Shown here: positions 1 to 10,230 of the stretch, piece after piece
Position numbering within the stretch: position 1 is the stretch's first letter
Layout of the letters: each line of letters begins with the position of its first letter
Source: a virus
Lineage: Duplodnaviria > Caudoviricetes
Length of the DNA stretch: 64,000 nucleotides
Strand: one strand, 5' to 3'
IMG/VR virus record: IMGVR_UViG_3300044655_001017
The notes under the pieces: model-generated
What the model saw: the letters and a program-made list of their open reading frames with translations, nothing else
Told to the model about the DNA's origin: nothing
Database searches by the model: none
Program-made: the position numbers and the translations under genes

Positions 1-246
1 GTTGAACTTGACGAAACACAACTTGACGAACGTGGTAAAGCTAGTACAAAACTATGCAAAAGTTCTAGACCAGATAAAGATTTAGGTGCTAGTAACTTAG
101 CTAGTTGCAAAAGCCAAGGACTACGAGCACGCGATGGTGAAAAAAGTCACAAACTTGGTAAAAGTAAAAAAAGCCGTGTTAAGGTAGATGGTAAAAAGAT
201 TAAAGGTGCTAAGTACGGCGGTCCACTCCCTGACTGGTCAGAATAG
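1..246 (+). CDS. 3' end of a basic hypothetical protein (5' truncated by window edge)
   Basis: Frame 1 is open from base 1 (VELDETQLDERGKASTKLCKSS...GAKYGGPLPDWSE) to TAG at 244-246; not in ORF track. Confidence 0.75.
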   Translation, partial: VELDETQLDERGKASTKLCKSSRPDKDLGASNLASCKSQGLRARDGEKSHKLGKSKKSRVKVDGKKIKGAKYGGPLPDWSE

Positions 247-255
247 GGGATAATT

Positions 256-1164
256 ATGAGATTACGTGAATTTAGTCCAGTAATGGAGGAATTGACATTT
301 ACATTGTCAGTTCCATCTACACCAAATGACATTTCAAATTTGCAACGTGCATTACAAGCATTTGAATACAATGTAGAACCAACTGGTACAATTGATGAGT
401 TAACAACTAATGCAATTAAACGTGCTCAACATGATGTTGGATTACCAGTAACTGGTAAGGCCGATGACGCTACTGTTACTGCAATTAATCAAGCAATGAC
501 TGCAGTGCCTGGTATGATGGATTATATGAAAAAATCTAGTCTATCACAATTTACAACTCCTAGTGTATCAGCTGATCCTACTAGTAATGCTACTGACTCA
601 AAGACTTCTAAAGTATCTAGTAAGCGTAAACCAACTGGACCTAGAGTTCGAGGATATGCTTTAGAAAACGACAGAGAATTTATGAATAAAGTACAAGAAG
701 TTGCTAACAAGTTAGGTGTTCAACCAAACGCACTATTAGCAATTATGAAAAAAGAATCAGGATTAGATCCTTCTATTAGAAATAAAATAGCTTTAAAGAT
801 GGGTAAACCTGCAGCAGTTGGATTAATTCAATTTATGCCAGCTACTGCTAGACAACTTGGAACTACTACTGAAGAACTAGCATCAATGTCTGCAGTTGAA
901 CAGATGGATTATGTTTACAAATATTATAAAATCAACAAAGCTAAACCAGGAATGGATGCAGGTGATTTATATATGTTAACATTCTTACCTGCGTATGCAG
1001 GTAAAGATCCTAAAATTGTACTTGGACAAAAAGGTGGCGGTGAATTAGGAACTACTAATATATCAAAACATTCTATATATAAAATGAATCCAAGTTTTGA
1101 TACATCAGGAAAAGGTTACTTTACTATCGCTGACGTAAAACAATCAATTAACGCATTTGCATAA
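256..1164 (+). CDS. Peptidoglycan-binding domain plus SLT-like lytic transglycosylase
   Basis: N-terminal LQRAL...TNAIKRAQ...LPVTGKAD PG-binding pattern; catalytic MKKESGLDP and AVGLIQFMPATARQLG motifs. Confidence 0.85.
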   Translation: MRLREFSPVMEELTFTLSVPSTPNDISNLQRALQAFEYNVEPTGTIDELTTNAIKRAQHDVGLPVTGKADDATVTAINQAMTAVPGMMDYMKKSSLSQFTTPSVSADPTSNATDSKTSKVSSKRKPTGPRVRGYALENDREFMNKVQEVANKLGVQPNALLAIMKKESGLDPSIRNKIALKMGKPAAVGLIQFMPATARQLGTTTEELASMSAVEQMDYVYKYYKINKAKPGMDAGDLYMLTFLPAYAGKDPKIVLGQKGGGELGTTNISKHSIYKMNPSFDTSGKGYFTIADVKQSINAFA

Positions 1165-1170
1165 CAATAC

Positions 1171-1722
1171 ATGAATATACCAGGAACAATATTAATAGCA
1201 CCACCGCATGTGCAACATCAATTATGGGGTTCGGCAACTATTTTAGTTACTGAAGATACCGGATCCGGAACAACCGGCATAATATTAAATAGAGAAAGTC
1301 GAATGACAATTGCTGAATTTGGAGATAGACTTGGTTTTGATATGAGTCATATCCCTGGTATGCTCCATATTGGAGGACCGGATAGACAAACTAGTTTTAG
1401 CATATTGCATTCCTCGGAATGGAGCAGTAAGAATACATTTAAAGTAAACAATTATTTTTCAGTTAGCTCAGATAACGATGTCCTTAAACGTTTTGAAAAT
1501 GGTGATGAGCCATTACACTGGAGAATGTTTCTCGGAATGTGTACCTGGAATCCAGGACAACTTGATAACGAAATAAACGGATTAGGCTCGCCTAAAGCTA
1601 GCATTAACTGGTGTACAACATCGTGTGATCTTGAGTTAGTATTTGAAACAGATCTTGAAGACGTATGGGATGTTGCATTAGAAAGATGTAGTCTTGAATT
1701 TGCACGGAATTTTATGCTATGA
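1171..1722 (+). CDS. YqgE/AlgH (DUF179) family protein
   Basis: ILIAPP, GTTGIILNR, LHIGGP, FLGMCTWNPGQLDNEI pattern typical of YqgE/AlgH. Confidence 0.85.
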   Translation: MNIPGTILIAPPHVQHQLWGSATILVTEDTGSGTTGIILNRESRMTIAEFGDRLGFDMSHIPGMLHIGGPDRQTSFSILHSSEWSSKNTFKVNNYFSVSSDNDVLKRFENGDEPLHWRMFLGMCTWNPGQLDNEINGLGSPKASINWCTTSCDLELVFETDLEDVWDVALERCSLEFARNFML

Positions 1723-2135
1723 AATTAAAACAAGCACTTTGGAAAATATTAGGATTTATATTACTAGGAATAGCGTATATCGGTGTAGTTACTCCTGGAC
1801 TGCCGTTTAGTCCGTTCCTAGTAGGTGCTGCTTTTAGTTTTAGTAAAGGAAGCCCAACAATGCACGCATGGATCTACAATCATAAGTATTTTGGTCCATT
1901 CTTAACAAATTGGGTGGGCAAACAAGTTTTCCCAACTAAAATGAAATATATGATGTTACTTGTAATGAGCAGTTCATTAGTAGCATTATGGTTTACAACA
2001 CATAACTTACACGCTATTATTGGTTCAGGCAGCTTTATGGCACTTGTTGCTATTTGGGCATGGCGCTTTCCAGGAAGTGTGGAAGTTTATGAATATCGTA
2101 TTAACAACAACAAACGAATAGGCTGGCTTAAATGA
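1719..2135 (+). CDS. YbaN (DUF454) family inner-membrane protein
   Basis: LGIAYIGVVTPGLPFSPF...SKGSPTMHAWIYNHKYFGPFL motif; hydrophobic helices. Confidence 0.85.
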   Translation: MKLKQALWKILGFILLGIAYIGVVTPGLPFSPFLVGAAFSFSKGSPTMHAWIYNHKYFGPFLTNWVGKQVFPTKMKYMMLLVMSSSLVALWFTTHNLHAIIGSGSFMALVAIWAWRFPGSVEVYEYRINNNKRIGWLK

Positions 2136-2887
2136 AGAAATTTTTATTATTACTACTGTTACCTTTTACGGTAGCAGCAAATCCCATTGATGACAAATGT
2201 CCACAGTTTTCTATACACGGTGCTCCAGTGTCGCAACTTACTGCTTCACAATACTTGTGTAAACAAAACTATGCTATTCATTATCGATACGATACAAAAA
2301 CTGCAGAGTATGTAGTTGAACATGTTTCTCCTGAAGATATGAGTGGAGTAGTTCATCGTCAAGACGACTTTCGTCCAGACTTAGATGTACCAGAACAATT
2401 TAGAGCAACACTACACGACTATGCAGGTCATCCATATGACAGAGGACACCTAGTTCCTGCAGGTGACAGTACTCAAACTAAAGAAATTATGAGTGAAAGT
2501 TTTGCACTTACTAATATGGTTCCACAAGTACCTGCCAACAACAGAGGTATTTGGAATAAGTTAGAATCAACTGTTCGTAACTGGGCAGGGGAAGGGCGTG
2601 ACATTTATGTAACTTCTGGAACTTATTATCAACCTGGTAAACAAATTAAAACAATTGGTAAAGGTGTAGCTATTCCTGATTACTTATGGAAGGCAATTTA
2701 TGATGCAACTAATAATCAAACAATTGCATTCTTAATACCAAATGACGGAATTTCTGCTAGAGAGTTACCTAAGTTTATTTTAACTGTTGAACAGTTACAA
2801 AATGTAGTAAACATTAACTTCTTTCCGGCACTTGGGACTAGTCCAATTGAACAAGCTATTAATCGCGACTTGTGGAAAGGTTTATAA
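2132..2887 (+). CDS. Secreted DNA/RNA non-specific endonuclease (NucA/Serratia family)
   Basis: Signal peptide MKKFLLLLLLPFTVAA; YDRGHLVPAGD, SESFALTNMVPQ and NRGIWNKLE motifs. Confidence 0.92.
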   Translation: MKKFLLLLLLPFTVAANPIDDKCPQFSIHGAPVSQLTASQYLCKQNYAIHYRYDTKTAEYVVEHVSPEDMSGVVHRQDDFRPDLDVPEQFRATLHDYAGHPYDRGHLVPAGDSTQTKEIMSESFALTNMVPQVPANNRGIWNKLESTVRNWAGEGRDIYVTSGTYYQPGKQIKTIGKGVAIPDYLWKAIYDATNNQTIAFLIPNDGISARELPKFILTVEQLQNVVNINFFPALGTSPIEQAINRDLWKGL

Positions 2888-3619
2888 CCTTCCTAAGTTT
2901 TTAATGTAATTTCCAATATCGTGATTAACAAAGAAATTAATCTTACCTTTTTTAAGTCCGATATAAAAACCTTTTACTCTATCTTTGATTGTCTGCCATC
3001 TTGTAAAAACTCTTACATTGCCATGATGATCAAAGTAGTGTAGCTGACCATGATGCTTATATGGAAAAATTGGATTCCGTGTAACTGCATCTGCATTGTT
3101 TACCCATCTATGATGTTCAATGTTTAAGCTATTCATGTGTTTAATAAATGTCATATCACCAACACGCGGACTACCGTATGTATATAAAAACGGCGTAGTT
3201 AATTTTTCTGTACGCGCACATCTTGCAGTTATAAGGGTTGCCATTGCTGCACCTAAACTATGACCTGTACACCATACTTTACGATTAGCACCGTATTTTT
3301 GTAACATCTTTAATAAGTCAACCCAAATAAGATCTACACTTGTTCTAAATCCATGATGCACTAACCCGTGTCCTGATCTACTTGGTACTAGTGCAAATTC
3401 TATGTCATGTGCAACATCATTAAAGTGAGTTGGTTGTGTTCCACGACACACTACTATTAAATCATCGTTGTCCCATAATACATACAAGTCTGACCCACCA
3501 TGGCTTATAAATTTACTGTCATATCCTAATTCTTTAAATTCTTGATCGTCATTATATGCAAGACTGCTCAATGTTGCCATTGTTAATGATTTTTGTTCAA
3601 AGGTTAAATCTGATATCAT
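2882..3619 (-). CDS. Lipase class 3 (alpha/beta hydrolase)
   Basis: VVCRGT, VHHGF, TGHSLGAAMA nucleophile elbow, YTYGSPRVG, NNADAV. Confidence 0.9.
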   Translation of the reverse strand: MISDLTFEQKSLTMATLSSLAYNDDQEFKELGYDSKFISHGGSDLYVLWDNDDLIVVCRGTQPTHFNDVAHDIEFALVPSRSGHGLVHHGFRTSVDLIWVDLLKMLQKYGANRKVWCTGHSLGAAMATLITARCARTEKLTTPFLYTYGSPRVGDMTFIKHMNSLNIEHHRWVNNADAVTRNPIFPYKHHGQLHYFDHHGNVRVFTRWQTIKDRVKGFYIGLKKGKINFFVNHDIGNYIKNLGRL

Positions 3620-3628
3620 ATCAAGCTC

Positions 3629-3772
3629 CTAGTCTAATCCGTTAAACGGACCTTCTTTTCCGTACGCCCACAGCGCATTCTTTTCATGTATGGTTCTTGC
3701 TAGTCTACGAGGTAGGAATGGTAGAATAGGATGCACTAATACATTATGAATAATACTTTTAATTAAATCCAT
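3629..3772 (-). CDS. Small hypothetical protein, 47 aa (MDLIKSIIHNVLVHPILPFLPRR...)
   Basis: Read manually; fills the gap upstream of the lipase; GAGGA SD-like sequence and a TAAATA (minus strand, 3806-3811) upstream. Confidence 0.6.
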   Translation of the reverse strand: MDLIKSIIHNVLVHPILPFLPRRLARTIHEKNALWAYGKEGPFNGLD

Positions 3773-3791
3773 AGTTGTCCTCTCACTTTAC

Positions 3792-3820
3792 TTTACATCT
3801 TATTGTATTTATTGTATAAT
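3792..3820 (+). promoter_or_regulatory. sigma70-like promoter for denV
   Basis: TTTACA-N17-TATAAT. Confidence 0.65.
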
Positions 3821-3849
3821 ATATACATATTAACTAGCAAGGAGTATGT

Positions 3850-4269
3850 ATGACAAGAATTAATTCAAATGTAGACCCTAAACAATTAATGGATCAACAC
3901 CTTATGGCAGAATACAGAGAATTACCTATGGTGCTTGCATCGCTTCGTCGGTCGTTGAAGACACAATCAGAAAGAGAAGTTCTTAAAAAAATTCCTCCTA
4001 AATTTACACTTAATACCGGGCACGTAACATTTTTCTATAACAAGCTAACATTCCTTAGGAATAGATATGATCGGTTAGTTAGCGAATTACACAACAGAGG
4101 ATACAACTTAGATCAAGGTCGTGTACTTGATCTAAATGGTATACCTTCTACGTTTTTTAATGATTGGTCTGCAACACCTGCAGATGATGCTGTATTAGAA
4201 CAGCGTATTAAGGAAAAGATAGCTATGAAGCCATCTTGGTACAAATATTATGGTAAATCTGTGTTATGA
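3850..4269 (+). CDS. denV: Pyrimidine-dimer DNA glycosylase (T4 endonuclease V)
   Basis: MTRIN...[12 protein letters not shown] and [13 protein letters not shown] match the T4 DenV signature; AAGGAG SD. Confidence 0.95.
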   Translation: MTRINSNVDPKQLMDQHLMAEYRELPMVLASLRRSLKTQSEREVLKKIPPKFTLNTGHVTFFYNKLTFLRNRYDRLVSELHNRGYNLDQGRVLDLNGIPSTFFNDWSATPADDAVLEQRIKEKIAMKPSWYKYYGKSVL

Positions 4270-5468
4270 CAAGTACACAGATCAAACACGATAACAAGTG
4301 CATTAACTAAATCGTCAATCATCCCATCAGTATGCAATGGAGTAGGTGCAAATCGCAAACGCTCTGTTCCTACTGGGACAGTTGGTGAATTTATTGCTTG
4401 TGAATAGATATTAAAATCATTTAATAGCATGTCACTCATTGTTTTGCATCTTCTAGCATCTCCTACTAGAACTGGAACAATGTGTGTGTCACTTTGCATA
4501 ACAGGTAACCCTGCTTCTATTAATCTTGCTTTTAATTTGTTTGCTTGTTGCTGATGTTTTAATCTTAACTCATTATGATCTTTAAGATACTTAACTGCTG
4601 CTAATGCTCCGGCACATGTTACCGGACTCATTGATGTTGTGAATATAAAACCGGCTGCTACTGATCTAATTGCATCAATTACATCAGAACTTGCTGCGAT
4701 ATATCCGCCCTGGACTCCAAACGCCTTACCGAGAGTACCGTTGACTATGTCGACTCTCCCTTGTAACTGTAGTTCTTCTAGCTTACCCGCTCCACATGTG
4801 CCATAAAGTCCAACGGCGTGTACTTCGTCTATATAGGTTATAGCGTGGTATTTATCTGCTAAATCACAAATATCCGCTATTAGACTAATATCACCATCCA
4901 TCGAATATACACTTTCAAAAACAATACAAGGTGTGTGATTATTATCTATTGCTCTAATTAAACATTCTTCTAAATCAATTAAATCATTATGTTTAAATAT
5001 TTGTTTTGGCGCTCTGCTGTGCGACATGCCAACAATTAAACTATTGTGATTTTTACTGTCGCTTATAAATTCAATGTCTTTTACAATTTTAGATAATGCA
5101 ATTAAACTCCATTCATTAGCAACATATGCAGAGCTGAATAACAACGCTCTATCTTTCTTATGTAATAATGCTAGTTCATATTCTAATGCAACATGATAAT
5201 GGCTAGTTCCAGAAATGTTTCTAGTACCACCACTGCCTGCACCAGTCATGTCTAATGCAGTTCGCATTGCATCAAGTACAACTTTATGCTGCCCCATACC
5301 TAGGTAATCGTTACTACACCAGTTTATAATATTTTTAATATTATACGGACCGTACCAAATTGCAGTTGGGAACTTACCGTTTTCTCGTAATATATCGTTA
5401 AACACACGGTAGTTACCAGAGTCTTTTAAGTTTTGAATAGTTTGTTTGAAAGGTTCATTGTTTATCAT
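4248..5468 (-). CDS. hemA: 5-aminolevulinate synthase (Shemin/C4 pathway)
   Basis: [58 protein letters not shown] (PLP lysine), [16 protein letters not shown]. Confidence 0.93.
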   Translation of the reverse strand: MINNEPFKQTIQNLKDSGNYRVFNDILRENGKFPTAIWYGPYNIKNIINWCSNDYLGMGQHKVVLDAMRTALDMTGAGSGGTRNISGTSHYHVALEYELALLHKKDRALLFSSAYVANEWSLIALSKIVKDIEFISDSKNHNSLIVGMSHSRAPKQIFKHNDLIDLEECLIRAIDNNHTPCIVFESVYSMDGDISLIADICDLADKYHAITYIDEVHAVGLYGTCGAGKLEELQLQGRVDIVNGTLGKAFGVQGGYIAASSDVIDAIRSVAAGFIFTTSMSPVTCAGALAAVKYLKDHNELRLKHQQQANKLKARLIEAGLPVMQSDTHIVPVLVGDARRCKTMSDMLLNDFNIYSQAINSPTVPVGTERLRFAPTPLHTDGMIDDLVNALVIVFDLCTCHNTDLP

Positions 5469-5475
5469 AGTACAC

Positions 5476-5491
5476 TATTTAAACATAAATA
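5476..5491. promoter_or_regulatory. Divergent pair of T4-like late promoter motifs (TAAATA) between hemA and ORF 5510
   Basis: TATTTA at 5476-5481 (TAAATA on minus strand) and TAAATA at 5486-5491. Confidence 0.55.
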
Positions 5492-5509
5492 TGATAAGAG
5501 GACACAAAA

Positions 5510-5884
5510 ATGAGAGTTCAAGATATTATTAGAAACATGTTAAACTTGATCGATGGTGGAGAACAGGAACCTATTGAGCCAGAGTTTATACTTAAACCTG
5601 ATCACAAAGTAACAGCAGGTGATGACATTAACAGATTTAGGCAAATTGTTGATTTGGCAGATAGTCCAGAACGACACAGATTTATTAATGAACCTAATCC
5701 GGCGTATGCAGGTGTAGATTCAGTTACAATACATGCAGGTGGCGGAATGAATGGTCCAAAACATCCTGCTGATATAAGAGTTAAAGATCCAAGTGCGTAT
5801 CCGCATTTAATTGATACAGAATTTGAACCAACAGACGATCATCCTGAACATATTGTAATGATTAAAGCAATGAGGGGGCAATAA
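5510..5884 (+). CDS. Hypothetical phage protein
   Basis: ORF with GAGG SD; MRVQDII N-terminus. Confidence 0.75.
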   Translation: MRVQDIIRNMLNLIDGGEQEPIEPEFILKPDHKVTAGDDINRFRQIVDLADSPERHRFINEPNPAYAGVDSVTIHAGGGMNGPKHPADIRVKDPSAYPHLIDTEFEPTDDHPEHIVMIKAMRGQ

Positions 5885-6144
5885 TGTCAGCTAACGGAAT
5901 CGCATGGTTATCAACCAAAGAAGCAAAACAAGCAGCTAAACTTGCGTTAGCAAAAGCTAAACGTCAAGGTAAAATTGTAGCAGCTGATGGTACAGTTACA
6001 GGAAGTGTAGATCCTACTAAACAATACTATCGTGATAGAAACAATTATGATATTACGCAATTACCAACAAAATATAACGGTGACGGAATTACAGACAATC
6101 CTAATGCAGGCGGACTAGTATTAGGTCGTCCTTGGATTACATAA
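5884..6144 (+). CDS. Hypothetical phage protein
   Basis: ORF coupled to both neighbours by TAATG overlaps. Confidence 0.75.
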   Translation: MSANGIAWLSTKEAKQAAKLALAKAKRQGKIVAADGTVTGSVDPTKQYYRDRNNYDITQLPTKYNGDGITDNPNAGGLVLGRPWIT

Positions 6145-8177
6145 TGGCGTACGAACACGACAATAAAAATCCTAATTTAAATAATTTACATCATGCAATG
6201 GAACTTGTTGACGAAATACCACATGTTCGCGTTACGTTAGGATCTGATAATATTACAGTAACTGGCAGTGTTAACATTGCATCTGAAATTAAAATTAATA
6301 ACACCGAATTACAAAGTATTCCAGTTCATTTAACAAGTGATATTGATGTAGGTAACTTCCCAGCATTTCCAACTAGTATTGATGTAGGTAACTTCCCAGC
6401 ATTTCCAACTAGTATTGATGTAGGTAACTTCCCAGCATTTCCAACATTAATCAAAGTATCTAAAGATAGTAATGACAACACTGTAAATAATCGTATATAT
6501 GTTGATGCTAATGTTTCTAATACTAATCCAATTGCAGTAACTGGAACATTTTGGCAAACTACACAACCAGTTAGCGGAACTGTAACAGCTAATGTAACAT
6601 TCCCAACTACCCAACAAGTAAGTGGCACAGTTACGTTAGACAGCGGAAGTTTGTCAGCACTTGAAAACATCAATGCTATAGTAAGCGGTACAGTTGAGTT
6701 AGGTAGTACAACATTAACAGCATTAGAAAATGTAGGTGTTACTGGCACAGTTACAGTACAAGATGGCGGTGGTAGCATAACAGTAGACGGTACAGTATCA
6801 GCAACTGTGAGTGGCACAGTAGAACTAGGTGCTAGTACATTATCAGCCTTAGAGAATACTACAGTTACTATTAGTGGAACACCTACAGTTAACATCGGTA
6901 CTATACCTGAAGTAGAGATTAAGAACGACAGTGGCAATCCAGTTCCTATTAGTGGGAATGTCAATGCTACGATTACAGGTACACCTGTTGTATCGTTTGG
7001 TGGAGCAAATCTAGATGCGTTTGGCAGATTACGAGTTAGTAATCCGTTTACTTTGTTTGATGGTGCTCAACGATACAGAGATGACCCATTCAAATGGAAT
7101 CAAGTAGATACTGGTGCGGCTACAAGTGTATTTCTACCTAATGAAAGTTCAGTATTAATGTCGGTGTTAGGCAACGGCGATGAAAGTTTGAGACAAACTA
7201 AATCAGTGTTTGCTTATCAGCCTGGTAAGAGTTTGCTGACGTTGGCTACTTTTGTTATGACCACACCTACCGCAGGCTTGCGTCAGCGGGTAGGATTGTT
7301 TGGAGCACAGAACGGTGTATACTTTGAAGTAGATGGTAATACATTAAATCTTGTGATTAGAAAATATACATCAGGGTCTGTAGACAATACTACAGAAAAG
7401 TTTGCTCAAGCAAATTGGAATGGTGATAAACTTAATGGAACCGGGCCAAGCGGCATCACGTTAGTTGTAAGTAGAGCACAGATTTTTTGGTGTGATATTG
7501 AATGGCTGGGCGTAGGATCAGTTCGTTGCGGATTTGTTATCGATGGGCAGTTTATACTCTGTCATACATTCCATCACGCTAACCAAGTCAGCTTTAACAA
7601 AGTTTACATGACTACTGCTTCATTACCTGTTAGATATGAACTAACAAGCACCGGAGCTGCGGGCACCATGCGAGCCATATGTTCAACTGTGATATCCGAA
7701 GGTGGCTACATGAATCGTAGTGTTAGTCGAAGTATTGGAACTAGTCTAACAGGCAAGGATCTCAGCAACACAGTATATAGACCTCTAGTATGTATCAGAC
7801 TCAAAGGAGCTAATCTTGATTCAGTTGTTGTCCCTGTTAAGTTTGATCTGTTTGGTCTACAACAGGCTGCATTTGTCTATCAGATAATTATAAATCCAAC
7901 ATTGACTGCTGCTAGCTGGACCAGTGCCGGAACAGACAGTTCAGTAGAGTATGACCTTTCTGCTACCGGATTGTCAGGTGGAACTGTGATTGATCAAGGA
8001 ATATTTGTGGGATCAAACAAAGGAGGATCAGCCTCTATTACTTCGAATGACGTAGACTTTAGTCAACAACTAGGACGCACTATTGCCGGAGTATCAGATA
8101 TATGGTGTTTGGCTGCTATTGCTACTACTAATAACGATGATGCTGTAGGAGTAGTTACTTGGCAAGAGCATATATAA
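6144..8177 (+). CDS. Putative virion structural/fibre protein with Thr/Val/Ser-rich repeats and C-terminal beta domain
   Basis: Start moved to ATG 6144 (TAATG coupling); VSGTV-type repeats; C-terminal domain similar to part of ORF 36484. Confidence 0.7.
   Translation: MAYEHDNKNPNLNNLHHAMELVDEIPHVRVTLGSDNITVTGSVNIASEIKINNTELQSIPVHLTSDIDVGNFPAFPTSIDVGNFPAFPTSIDVGNFPAFPTLIKVSKDSNDNTVNNRIYVDANVSNTNPIAVTGTFWQTTQPVSGTVTANVTFPTTQQVSGTVTLDSGSLSALENINAIVSGTVELGSTTLTALENVGVTGTVTVQDGGGSITVDGTVSATVSGTVELGASTLSALENTTVTISGTPTVNIGTIPEVEIKNDSGNPVPISGNVNATITGTPVVSFGGANLDAFGRLRVSNPFTLFDGAQRYRDDPFKWNQVDTGAATSVFLPNESSVLMSVLGNGDESLRQTKSVFAYQPGKSLLTLATFVMTTPTAGLRQRVGLFGAQNGVYFEVDGNTLNLVIRKYTSGSVDNTTEKFAQANWNGDKLNGTGPSGITLVVSRAQIFWCDIEWLGVGSVRCGFVIDGQFILCHTFHHANQVSFNKVYMTTASLPVRYELTSTGAAGTMRAICSTVISEGGYMNRSVSRSIGTSLTGKDLSNTVYRPLVCIRLKGANLDSVVVPVKFDLFGLQQAAFVYQIIINPTLTAASWTSAGTDSSVEYDLSATGLSGGTVIDQGIFVGSNKGGSASITSNDVDFSQQLGRTIAGVSDIWCLAAIATTNNDDAVGVVTWQEHI
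6341..6445 (+). repeat. 36-bp tandem repeat x3 (coding IDVGNFPAFPTS)
   Basis: tattgatgtaggtaacttcccagcatttccaactag starts at 6341, 6377 and 6413 with no spacers. Confidence 0.95.
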
Positions 8178-8209
8178 AAGATAAGTATAGTATAGCTAAA
8201 GGATTTATA

Positions 8210-8485
8210 ATGAGAGCAAAAGAATTTACAATCAATGTGCCAATAAACATCAAGATAAACGGCGACGGTGATCCCGAAATTGACGTAGCAGGCAACGATT
8301 CAGAAGAACCTGATGAAAACCCAGTGTTTGTATCGCCATTGCAGCAAGAATTAGAACTTAAAAAAGCTGATGCTGGCAAAGACAGCGCAGTAATTGATAA
8401 ATTGACTGAACCTGAAGATGTAGGTGAAGAACCACCTGATGAAACAGACGAACTTTCTCGTATACTTCAACTGTTAAAACGATAA
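8210..8485 (+). CDS. Acidic hypothetical protein
   Basis: Start probably ATG 8210 (MRAKEF) after an AAGGA SD. Confidence 0.7.
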   Translation: MRAKEFTINVPINIKINGDGDPEIDVAGNDSEEPDENPVFVSPLQQELELKKADAGKDSAVIDKLTEPEDVGEEPPDETDELSRILQLLKR

Positions 8486-8493
8486 GTACTATT

Positions 8494-8895
8494 ATGAAAG
8501 TACAAGAAATATTAACAGAAGGTTTACAGTACAATAAAGCTACACGCATTATTGATAAGTTTATTGAGTTTGCAGCGAGCGAGTTGCAACTAGATGAACT
8601 GCCTGACATTAATTTACAGGACGGTAATGAAGTTAGTGTAAAGCATAAATCATTTGGCGGATATGGTAATAAACATATTACTGTTACATTATCTAATAGA
8701 CATATCATGGACGTATGCAGAACACTTGCACACGAGTTGGTCCATTATAGACAAGACATGAATAACGAATTAACACAAGACAGTGGTAAAGATGGAAGTC
8801 CCCACGAAAATGAAGCTAACGCACAAGCTGCGGTTATTATGCGAAAGTGGGGTAAAATGCATCCTAATCTGTTTAAACAGCCAGCAGTGGAATAA
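8494..8895 (+). CDS. HExxH-motif putative metallopeptidase-like protein
   Basis: RTLAHELVHYRQ plus downstream ENEANA. Confidence 0.6.
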   Translation: MKVQEILTEGLQYNKATRIIDKFIEFAASELQLDELPDINLQDGNEVSVKHKSFGGYGNKHITVTLSNRHIMDVCRTLAHELVHYRQDMNNELTQDSGKDGSPHENEANAQAAVIMRKWGKMHPNLFKQPAVE

Positions 8896-8897
8896 CT

Positions 8898-9149
8898 ATG
8901 AGAAAAAGCACTCGATCAATATTACAAGAACTTAGTGACATTGGAATTAGCCGTGATACCAACTTAGTTATAGAAAGTCGGGGGTCTAACCTAATAGAAA
9001 GCGCAATTAATTTATTAGAATTAATAAAAGAAAATTATGATTTAGAAACTGCTGCTGAATTAGAGCGCCGGTTTATTAATAGTATTAAATCAGGCGACGC
9101 TAACAAGTTTAAACGTAGTATTAAACGTATTCAAGAAAATAAGCAATAA
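8898..9149 (+). CDS. Hypothetical phage protein
   Basis: ORF in a tightly packed operon. Confidence 0.75.
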   Translation: MRKSTRSILQELSDIGISRDTNLVIESRGSNLIESAINLLELIKENYDLETAAELERRFINSIKSGDANKFKRSIKRIQENKQ

Positions 9150-9228
9150 CACAAGCATTTTTAATTTAGATGCTAAATAATTATAACACTTACAGAGTAG
9201 TAAGTTATGGTAATAGAGGAGAAATATC

Positions 9229-9699
9229 ATGCCATCATTAATTGGAACAAACGTTACAACTAACTATTTAAAAATGCCTGCTCAACACACATACGGTGTT
9301 GGCGAAATCTACAGCAACTTTGGTACACGTCAATTACGTTTATTAAGAGTAACTGCAGTTACTGGTGCAACAGGTTCTACAACAGCTGTTGACTTTTCAG
9401 CTAACTATACAGCGTCTGCTAGCAAATTTGCATTAGCAGTTCGTGCATTGCAAACAGGTGCAGAAATTTATCAAATTTGGGTTCCTGGTACATCAGGTTT
9501 CTTAGTTGCAGTATCAGAAGATACACTTAACGATTCTGACACATCAGGTAACACTGCAGGTGGCCCAGTTTCTACCGCTACATATGGCGATTTAGAAGCT
9601 GCAATCACAGCAGCAGTTGCAACTGGTACAGGTGCAGCTACTGTAATTACTGCATTAACTGTTGATTCAACAGGTATTGCATTAGGCGCAGTTGCTTAA
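9229..9699 (+). CDS. Putative virion structural protein (Ala/Thr-rich)
   Basis: TAAATA at 9174-9179, GAGGAG SD, followed by a terminator. Confidence 0.65.
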   Translation: MPSLIGTNVTTNYLKMPAQHTYGVGEIYSNFGTRQLRLLRVTAVTGATGSTTAVDFSANYTASASKFALAVRALQTGAEIYQIWVPGTSGFLVAVSEDTLNDSDTSGNTAGGPVSTATYGDLEAAITAAVATGTGAATVITALTVDSTGIALGAVA

Positions 9700-9722
9700 T
9701 TAAGTCTCTTAGGGATGGGATT

Positions 9723-9754
9723 AAAAGGGTTCACTTTTTGTGAACCCTTTTTTT
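9723..9754 (+). terminator. Intrinsic terminator
   Basis: aaaagggttcac-ttttt-gtgaaccc followed by a T-run. Confidence 0.9.
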
Positions 9755-9772
9755 ATGACTGTTAAATAGCAT

Positions 9773-10180
9773 ATGGAAGAATATAAACTTTATACATTTG
9801 TTGACATAACACATACTGGCCAATACAGAGCAGAACCAGGTAAAGAATCTGCACGATGGAAGGAACAAAACTTCAATACTATTGTACAAACATTAGGTAT
9901 CCGTAGTAACATTATATATTATCAAAGTCCACAAGCTACCGAAGTAAGAGGTAGTTTAGTAGGGTTTGATACTGACGAAATTGTTAGACTGTGGCGTTTT
10001 GATTTTGCTACTGAACGTGAGTTAGTATATGAAGAAGACGGCGATCCTATTGCATTTCTTAGAGATGATTTTGAATTAGTGCCATACATACAAGGGTTGG
10101 ATGAACGGTTGCATCAAACACACGCAGTATTCTTAACTGAAGGTAAAAATAAGAATATTGTTTTTTATAAAAAGCAATAA
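9773..10180 (+). CDS. Hypothetical phage protein
   Basis: ORF; TAAATA at 9763-9768. Confidence 0.75.
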   Translation: MEEYKLYTFVDITHTGQYRAEPGKESARWKEQNFNTIVQTLGIRSNIIYYQSPQATEVRGSLVGFDTDEIVRLWRFDFATERELVYEEDGDPIAFLRDDFELVPYIQGLDERLHQTHAVFLTEGKNKNIVFYKKQ

Positions 10181-10230
10181 ATATAAATGTTACACAATGT
10201 AACTCAACGAACGACCGAGAGAGCGATGAG

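Noticed and set aside
6341-6445. 36-bp direct repeats of CRISPR-like length
   Set aside because: The copies are directly adjacent with no spacers and are in frame within a CDS.
6326-6964. Long antisense ORFs here and opposite other Thr/Val-rich genes (28026-29216, 39027-39476, 42332-43981, 52297-52621, 55048-55524)
   Set aside because: Expected from codon bias on the coding strand; no SD or recognisable motifs.
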